Shown piece by piece: positions 36,251 to 50,070 of a stretch of DNA of 64,000 bases (position 1 is its first letter; each line of letters begins with the position of its first letter). The notes beneath the pieces are model-generated. The model was not told the origin of the DNA. It worked only from the letters and a program-made list of their open reading frames with translations, and did no database searches. This stretch comes from Pristiophorus japonicus (taxonomy: Eukaryota), in contig NC_091986.1 of assembly GCF_044704955.1 (NCBI RefSeq), forward strand, positions 164,920,001-164,984,000, read 5' to 3'. The position numbers were made by a program, and so were the translations under genes.

Positions 36251-36572
36251 AACATAAGAACATAAGAAATAGGAACAGGACTAGGCCATTTGATCCCTCG
36301 AGCCTGCTCCGCCATTTAATACCATGGCTGATCTGATCATGGACTCAGCTCCACTTCCCTGCCCGCTCCCCATAACCCTTTATTCCCTTACCACTCAAAA
36401 ATCTGTCTATCTCTGCCTTAAATATATTCAATGACCCAGCCTCCACAGCCCTCTGGGGCAGAGAATTCCACAGATTTACAACTTCTGAGAAGAAAGTCCT
36501 CCTCATCTCAGTTTTAAATTGACGGTTTCTTATTCTGAGACTATGCCCCCTAGTTTTTAGTTTCCCCTATAA
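36251..36572 (-). mobile_element. CR1 3'-end fragment
   Basis: AACATAAGAACATAAGAAATAGG tail; matches 16001-16320. Confidence 0.9.
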
Positions 36573-37409
36573 GAGATTGAAACCAGTTAAACTTGGCTTT
36601 TAATTATCTAGAAGAAGCCAGGTGAATGTGTAACAGAATGGCAAGCTCAAGCATTGAACAAGGACTAAAGGGAAATTGTTTCCTCACTGCTTGAGAACAT
36701 GATCAACAGTGGTATTCATAACTATTCTCCTTAGGATCGGCATTTTATTCACTTAGTCCTTACACATGTCAATCAGAGTTATCACAGACGTATATATCTC
36801 AGCGTGAGGCACATATGCCACATGTGGGAAGCATAAAAATCACAACATCTAACACAAGTAGGAAATGGATTTGAACCAGTCATGGCACAGTGCACTAATA
36901 CCTTTCACAATAACCATCTGGGCTTTCAGAATGATGTTTTTGGTACCACTGCAGGATTTCCTTAATTGTTCACACAGATCAGTTTCATCACTGATGCTAC
37001 ACAATATCCCACTCCTGTAATAACACATTCATCTATTGCTCATGAAAAGACTAAATATTTTTAAATGATTTCACTGCTTAGTAATCAGCTTTGGAGTGAT
37101 TCTAGCTGTTAATGCAAATATCTGTCAAGATTAATGAAATGCAGTCATTATGTTTGAATTAGTTACACTAACCAGCTCTGATTATTTCCCAAAAGAGAAT
37201 TTTAAATTCAGCATTTTCTCAATCTTCTCAATTGTGTACGTAACAAAAAAAACACCTGACTCTACACTCTGTTTTGATATCACAGAGCATTCTTCAATAT
37301 CCTTACCCCTTGTACAATTTGTCCTCCATTAATATGTAGGAAATTACTAAACAAGCAGTGACAAATTATTGAATGTGGGGAGAACTCATTACAACAAAAT
37401 TCTCACCAA

Positions 37410-37802
37410 TTTTCTCCCTTTCCTGTCTCAAAGATGTTGATTCCTTACAGTTCCACAGATGCCATTCCCCTCCAGTACAACACCCAACTGACCATCATTT
37501 ATTTCTGAGCCTTAGGAGTAAATGTCGGCAGACTATTTCACTGTGGGAGAGGCCACCATAGCCAAACCTGATTGTGTCCTTAACCAAAATCCTGATAGGC
37601 AGATTTCCAGAAGGGGTCGCTCAATAGCAATCTGGGACAGGAATCCTTGCTGATTTTTTTTTCCATAATCCAAGGATGCTTTGGCTAATTGTAACACCTC
37701 TACACCGCTGGGACCAGCCAACTCACCACAGATCAGGGATCAAACCTGGGGCTTATCTGTATGGTTCAGCTACTCACTGGGTAGTCTTGCTGAGCCATTG
37801 GT
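37410..37802 (-). mobile_element. Old tRNA-head SINE-like element
   Basis: Minus strand has TGGCTCAG (A-box-like) and GGTTTGATCCC (B-box-like) at ~37735-37800. Confidence 0.4.
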
Positions 37803-40800
37803 GGAACTAGGAAGTGAATTTTAATTAAAAGATCCTACGATTATGTTAAACTTGTAAGTAAATCAGAGACTAATAAGCTGTGGTTCCAATGCAGCTCTTC
37901 CATAAAGCTAGCCACAGCAAGCAATTCATGTGACTGAAAGACAGACAGGTGCCTTCAAAAGAGCTGTGGAATGGTTGGACTTGGGGAGGGGGGGGGGTTG
38001 CGGTTGGAAGAGAGGGAGACTGACAAAAGATGGAAGTCGCTCTTAATACACTGAATGTTTATACAACCAATTAGAAAAGACAGCTTTCATTAAAACCGTG
38101 GGTTTCTTTCAAACAGGTGGAGCCACATGCATGGTTCAGTGGATTTTAAAAGTTCAACTATGGGACAGAAAGAAAGCCCATTCATGTCAGAAAAGAATGC
38201 TTCCTAATGCTTAGCCAGTTGGTTCTATAATTGTGCTGTTGATGCACTGGGTCTATCATGAGCCCTGCATTAAATGGCTGATGCACGAATAATGGCTGAA
38301 TATTTCAAGCAGAAAAAAAATCCATCATCTTCCATTTTACATATCGCAGTGATTAGATTATCACACCCATGTGAAATTTCACCAGTTACCTGAAAATGAG
38401 CTACCAGTCATCCATACTTAGTTACTTGTTAATGATAGTTATTGAATATTAGCCTGAAATTTACAGTTCATGCAGAACCTTTAAAAGCTTTACACTGTAG
38501 TCTGTTTATTTTTCTACTTGCAAATACTAAATTAATAATCTCTGTACATGGAAGCAATAAATAATAAAAATGAATGCTAGTTTCAACTTAATTCCTTTCA
38601 AATTTGAAATTATTTTTGAAGTAAACTCTGAATGCTAATTTGGCAGGAAATGTAGTTTTAATTTTTCAAATTTACCAGTTTTTTTTCAAAATTTTCCTTT
38701 GTTTTTGCCTAAATATTTTCTTGTACTATTTTGTTAATTGTCTATGCTCAGTGTAGTAACAAACATGTTTATTGTTTCATGAATATAACACTGTTTTGCA
38801 TTTGTAATATCGGTAGCGTTAGATTGTTCTGCCTTTGTCTTGTTTTTGCTGTAATGATACATAATGATTTCATTAAGGAAAGTGTACATTTCCTTCTACA
38901 AAATTTATAATAATTTTTAAAATGTCATTTTGAATATAATTTTGCACCATGAAGTAATTATTATAGTGTGCAAAAACACCAATGAAATAATAAAGCTTCC
39001 ATTAACTAAAACATGGAGAATAGTGACACCGAGTGCTATCTATAGACTGTTCTGTGAGCTAATAAGGCTGTTCAGCTAGAATATTGACAGCAGTGATTAA
39101 TGGGCCAAATTTCACTTTAATAAAAATATATCCATTATCTTAAATGCAGATACCATGGCTTACCCTAATGCGTGATACACTCAGAGGCACTTGATAGAGT
39201 AAATGCTGTGAAAGAGAGTTTAATTAGTCAATATACAATGATGCTGATTGTGAGAGATTAGTTAATGCTGGTGTTTACTTGCAAATAAATGAAGCTGTCA
39301 GTGATGCACTGCAAACACTACATCCCAAGCTTTCTGGATTCCGCTCTGAATTTCAATCACTCCTTTATGTAATACTGTCACTGTGCTTTTTTTTAAAAAA
39401 GTATCGCTAAATAGTTGTAAAGACAAGAACAGATACCTACTTCTTTCAGCATTTTGAACATGGGGCACATACCAATGTTAACAATGTGTTGCCTGTCAAT
39501 TAATTAAATAAAAGAAATTGGTGGCAGCTCTATTGAAGCTTTTGAGCCTGTCATCGCCAACAGAATGGATGGAATGGCAGTAATTGTAGTAATACTATTT
39601 TCCGAGTCCTTTAGGTGACAGCTGACAAGTATACCCAGTAAGATTTAGTTCTCTATAAAAAAAATATCCGATAAGCCATACTGGCTAGTTTCTAATGATA
39701 TAATGGCTATACCCAATGGTATCAAACTAAATGAATTTAGTTAGTAATCTTTAGTTGCAGTCAAGTAACAAAACATTTTCAATTATTTTTCACCATTCCC
39801 TCCATCCTTTGTGCTGCAGCGTCTATATTACTATCTTTGATGAGGGTGCTGTGTTCAAGTTAAATGTTCAGAGTGGGCAAAGTCAGTTGTTAAATTGCAA
39901 CCTGTTCAATTTTATGCATTCCTTCTCCAGACCAGACTCATGTAAATCTTGTCAATTTGGTGAGAAATCGTGTGTATATTAGTCCTCCGTATAATGATAC
40001 CTAAGCCTGGTTCTTGTTTTTGCTTAGTTTAAACTAAACTTCTATTGATGGACACGATAAGTTGAAACTGCTACAAATCTGCCGTTGGATAAGTGTTGGA
40101 TGTTTTGAAGTAATTAGAAAGCAAACAGTCCAAATCTGAATCAAAATGAAACCTAGAAGGGATAAAAACTGTTACTAAAGTTCAAATACATTATAGATAT
40201 GTTTTGTCACATGTTGTAAGCCATCTGATGTATTCAGTATTCCAGTTAAATCATTGAAATGTGGATCCAAGTGGTCTTTAAAAAATCCTAGATTTTTGAT
40301 GCTAGGTTTTAATATCAGTTATTTCAAATGCAACATCTCATTGTTCTAGCCTATTAAATGTTCAAAGTTTCACAACCTGTCCCATTGCTGATTATTAGTT
40401 GAATATTTGCATAATTACTATACCTTGAATATTATAGTAATTAGAAGAAAAGCTAAGACTAAATATTAATAATCATGAATAAATCGGTACATATAGACTG
40501 TCATGATAAGAGCCTTGTTACATGGATGGGAAGCACACAGATAAAATAGCAGAACAGAAATTGCTCATTTTCAAGTTACAGCAGCTAGCCCCATACATGC
40601 CCTTCAGAATGTGTACATGGATCTCTCTTCAGTGGCTATAAAGGAGGAAAACTGCACTGTAATTGCCCAATTAGGACTAATGCTGCATAATGTTGACTGT
40701 TAGTGTCCACATATTGTGTGTAGAACTAATTGTAGTGTAGGCAAATGAATGGACAGGAGACAAACAAGCTACTAGAAAATAATTACTTGGAGTGTTTCTT

Positions 40801-41016
40801 TTCAGTACCTGTACAGGCAATTTCATTATAGTCAACAGCCTCTAAAGCTGCTTGAAATGGTGGTATTTGTCATTTTCATAGAAACTTGATAATGACATTA
40901 ATTTGTCTTAATGGTCTACTCTATTGTTATAAATAGTAAAATTAGCTTAAATTGTCTTGCTTCGGCTGGCTTTGGATGGCTCCAAAGGGCTTACAGCAGT
41001 AGATGAGTAGATAATT

Positions 41017-41148
41017 NNNNNNNNNNNNNNNNNNNNNNNNNNNNNNNNNNNNNNNNNNNNNNNNNNNNNNNNNNNNNNNNNNNNNNNNNNNNNNNNNNNN
41101 NNNNNNNNNNNNNNNNNNNNNNNNNNNNNNNNNNNNNNNNNNNNNNNN
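41017..41148. other. Assembly gap (132 N)
   Basis: Run of N. Confidence 1.
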
Positions 41149-42035
41149 TATATGTTTCAAGTGCACCACAAAGCCTATTCATCCACTGCTAGCTATTAAC
41201 ATTCTGTACATAGTGAACATGTAGTGGGAGTACTGCTCGAGGTGTTACAATGAGGACTGCTGGTGGCTTTTGTGTTAGGAGACAGTATAGAGGGTGGGAA
41301 ATATTTTCAGTTATTTTGTGTGTAGTTTAACTTTTCTTCATGTTTCTTTTTGGAAAGCAACAATTACATAAATAAATAAAATGAAAGATAATAAATATTG
41401 GAAAACTATAATGAAAATTATAAAAATATAAAGCAGGTTGATCAGCATCTGACAGAAAGTTGGGATAACATCGCAGATATAACCCTTCATCAAAACATAA
41501 ATAACATCATAAATTTAAATCTGAGTTGAATTATTTTAGAAAATAATTAGGGGCCGGAATTCGGTTGCTAACGCCAGCCGATACCGCCAAGGAGAGGCGG
41601 TAACTGGGCGCAAATGACTAAGTGCCAGCGTTAGGCGATGTTGCCACCTGTTGGGAAATTCGATTGAGTTTTTTCAGCGGCGCAAAAGATTAGCACCTCG
41701 CCTACTACCGCCATGGAAATTGTGACGTCAGTACGCGTGCAATGCCTCGCTGGCGCCGATCATGCAAAATTCCGTTTTTGCGCCTCACTTACCGGCTGGT
41801 GGGGTACACACCACAAAAAGTAGGCGCAACAAGTCGATGTTACGATGCCGGGGCGGTATTTAACGGGAATTGCAGCCGGTGCACAGAGGTCGCAGTGAGT
41901 GCTGCGTTTTCTCCTCGCGGAATGTGTAGGTGTTGGCGTGCTGTGGCTGGTGACTACTCAACCTGACTACTATCATTTCGGCAACATTGCTGGGTTCCAG
42001 GTCGAGTAGCATTTTGCTGTTACCTTCTGCAACTT

Positions 42036-43090
42036 AATGGGGGCAGTGATGGCACACCACGCCGTCCTGCAGCGAAGACTTCAAAGATGCTAGAGGAGAG
42101 GCGCAAACGCTGGGGCAGGAGGCCTTACACATGCAGGGTTTACCGTGCGCATTACTCGTACCTTGATATGTCTGAGGAGACTGCGGTTCCGTAAGGAGGT
42201 GGTCACCGAACTCTGCCATTTCATGCAGACATACTTCAAAGCTGTCAGTGGCAGTGAAAGTGACAGTAGCCCTCAAGTTCAATGCTACCGGGTCCTTCCA
42301 GGTTCTTGTAGGTAGTATATGCAACATCTCGCAGTTTGCAGCACATTGTTGCATTTGTTAGGTGACCAACGCTCCCTACAACCAACGAATTGACTACATA
42401 AAGTTCAGCATGTCCAGAGAGAACTAGGATGAATGCTCCAGTGGCTTCGTCTGGATAACGAGCTTCCCCATGGTTCCGGGGGCCATTGATTGTACGCATG
42501 TGGCATTGTGAGCCCTGCCCTACAATGGAGAGGTGTTTCATAATCGCAAGGGCTACTATTTCCTCAACGTTCAGCTGGTGTGCGACAACAGGCAGATGAT
42601 CCTTACTGTCAGCTGCCACAATGCCTTCATTCTGCGGGAGAGCAGTTTGCGACTGTTCCAGCCACCGCTTGAAGGGCGTGGCTTGCTCATCGGTGATAAA
42701 GGATATGGTCTCGCCACCTGGCTGATGATTCATCTCTGCAATCCCAACACCCCTGCCGAGCAGCGGTTTAACCACAGCCATACCTCAGCCAGGAGCATTA
42801 TAGAGCAAACTATAGGGGTTCTGAAGCAGCGTTTCCACTGCCTTGACCGCTCTGGAGGGGCATTTCAATACTCATCTAATAGACTGTCCATCTTCACCAT
42901 TGTGTGCTGCATGCTGCACAACCTGGCCATCATGAGGGGCGAGCCATTACCACCAGGAATGGCAACTCCACCTCGGGAGGACGATGACAATGAGGTGGAA
43001 GACGAGGAGCCTCAGCCATGGAGGAGGCAGCCTGACACTGTTGTGGCTGCAAGGGCTGCTCGTCAGAGACTCATCGCGCATCGATTCTAG
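42036..43090 (+). pseudogene. Harbinger transposase (HARBI1-like DDE)
   Basis: YSYLDMSE, GSFQ, GAIDCTHV, FHNRKGYYFLNVQLVCD, GDKGYGL, IEQTIGVLKQRF and CCMLHNLA motifs; stops and deletions in the 5' half. Confidence 0.93.
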
Positions 43091-43299
43091 TGAATGACTC
43101 AAGAGGTGCCGAATGGCCAGCCTATTTACCTGGCGATCTGTAGAAGACATCGCGCACCACCCTCCGAGCCTCCATGTATATAAATCGCAACACAAGAATG
43201 TGATGATTCCAAATAATGTTTATTAACTACAAAAAACAGTGTGATGTAAAGAAGCACAACAGAAAGCCATCATAAACAGCAAGTGTTAATAAAACAAGA

Positions 43300-45296
43300 C
43301 CCTTTTAAACATCATCACCCACATCCAAGTGCAATTTTTTACATGCCTTCAAATTGCAACAAGGTCGGCATCTCTGGCCACTATCGCATAATTGTTTAGT
43401 GGGTGGCACTAATTTCCCACCCCTCCCACACCTATTGCTCCTCCTCAATGGAGTCTCAGTGCCTGCAGCAAGGCTGCTTGAAAGTTGCTCTGTTGGCGTT
43501 AACGGACACAACTGACGGCCTAGCAGCACGTCCCTGACCAGCTCGGGCCCTGGAAAGCCCAACTGCGAACTGCACCACCTCAGTCAGCATGGGCAGCAGC
43601 ACTCTGGGCTGGATGGGTTGCAGAGAGCGATATATGCAAAGGCGGAATGATGTCATCCTGAGAGAGGGCATCACATTCCATCAGGCCTGACATGTTGCTA
43701 CTCTCCTAGGGCAGAGCCTGAGCTTATGAAGCAATCTGGGTGAGCACAGATTGCTGCCCTGCTTTGACACCCTTGGACTGATGGGGCCCCAGACACGATG
43801 GTAGCGGTCAGTGCTTGTGAGGCATCAAGTTGACTCTACATTAGGACAGAATGCAACAGAGTTGATTGATGTCACCACACACTGATGACATGACAGAATG
43901 CAAGCCTTTTGTGGCTTCTGCCACGTCATCCATAGCCCATGCCATCATGTCTGGGACCCCATGGTCACTTGTGGCTTCTAACATCCGTTGGTATCTACCA
44001 AGGAGGGGCTCGATGGGCTGCTGAGAGGCAAATGCCAAAATTGAGGCGGACTCCTCCATCCTCGCACCAAATGCATCGAGACTCTCGGACACCCTTGCCA
44101 ATGTACCCAACAGATTGCTGTGCATCCTCAATGATTGTCTTGTGACAATCTGCAACTCAGCCTCCTCATCAGAGTGCTGCTGAGCATCACTCAGGTGAGC
44201 ACTCACCCTCCGGGGAGCTGTCCCCTGGGTTTTCCCTCCCCCATAGCGTTGCTGCAGGCCACTGGGTCCCAGAGCATCACTCACCTCTAACTCCCCAAAC
44301 AGTCCTTCCTCCACTGAGGTGCTGGCCCCACTCTCTGAGGCCGCTGCCTCCTCACTAACTGCCAGAGACGTGTCCTCTGCCTCCTCCTCCATCGCTGGCA
44401 CTGAACGGCTGATGTACAGACTGCTAGGTGTCTGGTTCATCATCTGAAAGCACAAAGCCAGAGAAGAGTGGTTACCTGCAGGGGAGTGGTGCAGGACTGG
44501 GAAAGGTATGAAACGCCAGTCTCATGGAAAGTGGTGAAGGATTGTGGTGTTAGGGATAAGTGGCCTGCTAGAGGATGCAAAGGTCCTCAACATACCATCA
44601 CTGTCCTAAGGGGGCTCAGCCTCATCAAACGCCACCGCGCCCACTTGTTTGCCCATCAGGGCCGAGATGCGTTCCTCCACCGCACTGAGGGGTTGCAGGT
44701 TAGGGTTCCTTCCTCCGGTCCGCATTTGTTCCCTTCAGTTATTCACTAGCTTGGCCTGCAAGATTAAACAGAACGTCAGAGTTAGTGCCCTGCTATCCAT
44801 CTGTCCGAAGTGCCTCACATAGTTGAGTACATGTTACTGTATGAGAGTCTTCACAGGTCGATGTAATTTTGAATAGCTGCGTGCACTTGCTGTGGAAATG
44901 CTGGAATTAGGGGGCCAGCATCTAGCAGTTACTGTGAGGCTATCGTCTTCCACACGCATATGAAGACTGAGGATGTAACAAGATGATGGGTGGATCTCAA
45001 CAACAGAGTAGGAAGGTTAACAGTGCATGCAGATCCTTGGAGTGTGTGAGGCTACAAACGCGAACCTTGCATCTGGCCTCAGCCACATAGAGCATGGGGT
45101 CAGACACATTCTGATTGAGCAGAGACTGCACATTGAGCTCAGAGCATAGCATGCTCAGGGGAATGTAAAATATATTCACCCTCACCACCCGCATTATGTC
45201 GTTCCACTTCTTCCTACATTGGGTGGTTGTCCTGGGCACCGTGTTTGTAACAGAAAAGCTTTGCACGACTTTCCCTCATAATCTCCGAAAGGTCTG
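43300..45296 (-). pseudogene. Harbinger Myb/SANT DNA-binding partner gene (spliced; first exon split by Gypsy, remainder at ~58447-58620)
   Basis: VTNTVPRTTTQCRKKWNDIMRVVR followed by a GT donor at ~45178; middle exon ~44590-44757; acidic/coiled-coil exon ORF 43841-44455. Confidence 0.8.
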
Positions 45297-45509
45297 TGTT
45301 ATGTATTTAACCCTTTGCAACCTGTATCACACTACCACCAGAGGGCCTACCTGTCGGAGTCCCAAGGGATCCCAGCATCCCTTGGGAGCACAGTATATAA
45401 GCAGGCCACCCACAACGTACCTACACTCTGGAGTCTTATTAAAGGAGCTAAGGTCACATTTGCTCATTGTTCACAGTACTCAGTTTCATCCTTTATTATG
45501 AGTGTAACA
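45297..45509 (+). repeat. 5' LTR, Gypsy A
   Basis: TGTTATG...GTAACA, TATA-like TATATAA and ATTAAA; ~19 differences from the 3' LTR by manual count. Confidence 0.96.
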
Positions 45510-46168
45510 ATTGGCAACGAGGTAACGAACAACCGTGCGAAAATGCAAAGAACAGTTGGTATCCTAGAGAAGTTCTCAGAAGGGGACGATTGGGAGGCCT
45601 TCGTGGAGAGACTCGATCAATACTTCGTGGCCAACGAGCTGGAAGGGGACGAGAACGCTACCAAACGAAGGGCAATCCTCCCAACTGTCTATGGCGCAAC
45701 AACCTATGGCCTCATGAAGAACCTCCTGGCTCCTGCAAAACCAACAGAGAAATCCTATGAAAATTGTGTACGCTGGTCCAGGAGCACCTAAATCCTAGGG
45801 AAAGTGTTTTGATGGCGAGATATCGGTTCTACACGTGTCAACGATCGGAGGGCCAGGAAATAGCGAGCTATGTCGCCGAACTAAGGTGCCTCGAAGGACA
45901 TTGTGAGTTTGAGGGATTCCTGGAACAAATGCTCAGAGACTTTTTTGTACTGGGCATTGGCCATGAAACAATCCTTTGCAAACTGTTGACTGTAGAAACT
46001 CCGAATCTAAGTAAAGCCATAATGATAGCCCAGGCATTTATGTCCACCAGCGACAACACCAAACAGATTTCGCAGAGTAAAGAAGTTTCGGCCAGTACTG
46101 TGCATAAAATAATATCGGTTTCGAGCAGAAATAAACATGGCAGAACGTACACGCCAGTTGCTGCTGCC

Positions 46169-49100
46169 CATAGAAACATAGAAAATAGGTGCAGGAGTAG
46201 GCCATTCGGCCCTTCGAGCCCGCACCGCCATTCACTGAGTTCATGGCTGAACATGCAACTTCAGTACCCCATTACTGATTTCCCGCCATACCTCTTGATC
46301 CCCCTAGTAGTAAGGATGACATCTAACTCCTTTTTGAATATATTTAGTGAATTGGCCACCACAACTTTCTGTGGTAGAGAATTCCACAGGTTCACCACTC
46401 TCTGGGTGAAGAAGTTTCTCCTCATCTCGGTCCTAAATGGCTTACCCCTTATCCTTAGACTGTGACATTCTTCCTGCATCTAACCTGTCTAAACCCATCA
46501 GAATTTTAAACGTTTCTATGAGATCCCCTCTCATTCTTCCGAACTCCAGTGAATACAAGCCCAGTTGATCCAGTCTTTCTTGATATGTCAGTCCCACCAT
46601 CCCGGGAATCAGTCTGGTGAACCTTCGCTGCACTCCCTCAATAGCAAGAATGTCCTTCCTCAAGTTAGGAGACCAAAACTGTACACAATACTCCAGGTGT
46701 GGCCTCACCAAGGCCCTGTACAACTATAGTAACACCTCCCTGCCCCTGTACTCAAATCCCCTCGCTATGAAGGCCAACATGCCATTTGCTTTCTTAACCG
46801 CCTGCTGTACCTGCATGCCAACCTTCAATGACTGATGTACCATGACACCCAGGTATTGTTGCACCTCCCCTTTTCCTAATCTGTCACCATTCAGATAGTC
46901 TGTCTCTCTGTTTTTACCACCAAAGTGGATAACTTCACATTTATCCACATTATACTTCATCTGCCATGCATTTGCCCACTCACCTAACCTATCCAAGTCA
47001 CTCTGCAGCTTCATAGCATCCTCCTCGCAGCTCACACTGCCACCCAACTTAGTGTCATCCGCAAATTTGGAGATACTGCATTTAATCCCCTCGTCTAAAT
47101 CATTAATGTACAATGTAAACAGCTGGGGCCCCAGCACAGAACCTTGCGGTACCCCACTAGTCACTGCTGCCATTCTGAAAAGTACCCATTTATTCCTACT
47201 CTTTGCTTCCTGTCTACCAACCAGTTCTCAATCCACATCAGCACACTACCCCCAATCCCATGTGCTTTAACTTTGCACATTAATCTCTTGTGTGGGACCT
47301 TGTCAAAAGCCTTCTGAAAGTCCAAATACACCACATCAACTGGTTCTCCATTGTCCACTCTACTGGAAACATCCTCAAAAAATTCCAGAAGATTTGTCAA
47401 GCATGATTTCCCTTTCACAAATCCATGTTGACTTGGACCTATCATGTCACCTCTTTCCAAATGCGCTGCGATGACATCCTTAATAATTGATTCCATCATT
47501 TTACCCACTACCGATGTCAGGCTGACCGGTCTATAATTCCCTGTTTTCTCTCTCCCTCCTTTTTTAAAAAGTGGGGTTACATTGGCTACCCTCCACTCCA
47601 TAAGAACTGATCCAGAGTCTATGGAATGTTGGAAAATGACTGTCAATGCATCCACTATTTCCAAGGCCACCTCCTTAAGTACTCTGGGATGCAGACCATC
47701 AGGCCCTAGGGATTTATCAGCTTTCAATCCCATCAATTTCCCCAACACAATTTCCCGACTAATAAGGATTTCCCTCAGTTCCTTCTTCTTATTAGACCCT
47801 CTGACTCCTTTTCTATCAGGAAGGTTGTTTGTGTCCTCCTTAGTGAATGCCAAACCAAAGTACTTGTTCAATTGGTCTGCCATTTCTTTGTTCCCAGTTA
47901 TGACTTCCTCTGATTCTGACTGCAGGGGACCTACGTTTGTCTTTACATATCTATAGAAGCTTTTGCAGTCCATTTTATGTTCCCTGCAAGCTTCCTCTTG
48001 TACTCTATTTTCCCTGCCCTAATCAAACCCTTTGTCCTCTGCTGAGTTCCAAATTTCTCCCAGTCCCCGGGTTTGCTGCTATTTCTGGCCAATTTGTATG
48101 CCACTTCCTTGGCTTTAATACTATCCCTGATTTCCCTTGATAGCCACGGTTGAGCCACCTTCCCTTTTTTATTTTTACGCCAGACAGGGATGTACAATTG
48201 TTGTAGTTCATCCATGCGGTCTCTAAATGTCTGCCATTGCCCATCCACTGTCAACCCCTTAAGTATCATTCGCCAATCTATCCTAGCCAATTCACGCCTC
48301 ATACCTTCAAAGTTAACCTTTTTTAAGTTCTGGACCATGGTCTCGGAATGAACTGTTTCATTCTCCATCTTAATAAAGAATTCTACCATATTATGGTCAC
48401 TCTTCCCCAAGGGGCCTCCACAATGAGATTGCTAATTAATCCTCTCTCATTACACAACACCCAGTCGAAGATGGCTTCCCCCCTAGTTGGTTCCTCGACA
48501 TGTTGGTCTAGAAAACCATCCCTTATGCACTCCAGGAAATCCTCCTCCGCCGTATTGTTTCCAGTTTGGTTAGCCCAATCTATATGCATATTAAAGTCAC
48601 CCATTATAACTACTGCACCTTTATTGCATGCACCCCTAATTTCTTGTTTGATGCTGTCCCCAACCTCACTACTACTGTTTGCAGGTCTGTACACAACTCC
48701 CACTAGTGTTTCCTGCCCTTTGGTATTCCGTAGCTCCACCGATACCGATTCCACATCATCCAAGCTCATGTCTTTCCTTACAATTGCATTAATTTCCTCT
48801 TTAACCAGCAACGCCACCCCGCCTCCTTTTCCTTTCTGTCTATCCTTCCTAAATGTTGAATACCCTTGGATGTTGAGTTCCCAGCCTTGGTCACCCTGGA
48901 GCCATGTCTCCGTGATGCCAACCACATCGTTTCTGTTGACTGCTAGCTGCACAGTTAATTTGTCCACCTTATTCTGAATACTCCTTGCATTGAGACACAG
49001 AGCCTTCAGGCTTGCCTTTTTAACACACTTTGACCCTTTAGAATTTTGCTGCAAAGTGGCCCTTTTTGCTTTTTGCCTTGGGTTTCTCTGCCCTCCACTT

Positions 49101-50070
49101 TTACTCATCTCCTTTCTGTCTTTTGCTTCTGTCTCCATTTTGTTTCCCTCTGTCTCCCTGCATTGGTTCTCATTCCCCTGCCATATTAGTTTAACTCCTC
49201 CCCAACAGCACAAGCAAACACTCCTCCTAGACATTGGTTCCGGTCCTGCATAGGTGCAGACCGTCCGGTTTGCACTGGTCCCACCTCCCCCAGAACCGGT
49301 TCTAATGCCCAGGAATTTGAATCCCTCCTTGCTGCACCACTCCACAAGCCACGTATTCATCTGAGCTATCCTGCGATTCCTACTCTGACTAGCACGTGGC
49401 ACTGGTAGCAATCCCAAGATTACTACTTTTGAGGTCCTACTTTTTAATTTAGCTCCTAGCTCCTTAAATTCGTCTCGTAGGACCTCATCCCATTTTTTAC
49501 CTATATCGTTGGTACCAATGTGCACCACGCCAACTGGCTGTTCACCCTCCCTTTTCAGAATGTCCTGCACTCGCTCCGAGACATCCTTGACCCTTGCACC
49601 AGGGAGGCAACATACCATCCTGGAGTCTCGGTTACGGCCGCAGAAACGTCTATCTATTCTCCTTACAATTGAATCCCCTATCAATATCGCTCTCCCACTC
49701 TTTATCCTGCCCTCCTGTGCAGCAGAGCCAGCCACGGTGCCATGAACTTGGCTGCTGCTGCTCCCCCCTGATGAGTCATCCCCCTCAACAGTACTCAAAG
49801 CAGTGTATCTGTTTTGCAGGGGGATGACCGCAGGGGACCCCTGCACTACCTTCCTTGCACTGCTCTTCTTGTTGGTCTTCCATTCCCTATCTGGCTGTGG
49901 ACCCTTTACCTGCGGTAAGACCAACTCACTAAACGTGCTATTCATGTCATTCTCTGCATCGTGGATGCTCCAGAGTGAATCCACCTTCAGCTCCAATTCT
50001 GCAACGCGGTCCATCAGGAGCTGGAGGCGGACACACTTCCCGCACACATAGTCGTCAGGGACACCGGAGG
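46169..50070 (-). mobile_element. Near full-length CR1 LINE with ORF1 (Zn finger, coiled coil, SGNH esterase) and ORF2 (APE endonuclease and RT), degenerate
   Basis: CGKCVRLQLL..RVAELE, ILIGDSIVR and HIGTNDI in ORF1; CLNARSI, ITETWL and MGDFN in the endonuclease; RT motifs; CATAGAAACATAG tail at 46169. Confidence 0.96.

Noticed and set aside
27550-41000. Short ORFs and candidate splice sites (e.g. ~28830, ~30690, ~30950-31200) as host exons
   Set aside because: No recognisable protein similarity and no consistent open exon frames; small exons cannot be excluded without RNA data.
40942-41182. ORFs spanning an X run
   Set aside because: Artifact of the assembly gap.
42036-43090. Domesticated HARBI1 host gene
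   Set aside because: It has stops and deletions and lies inside TIRs with a TSD, so it is a transposon copy.
48383-50047. 554-aa ORF fusing esterase ORF1 to endonuclease
   Set aside because: Most simply explained by frameshifts in a decayed CR1 (garbled sequence after FKFLG), not a real fusion.
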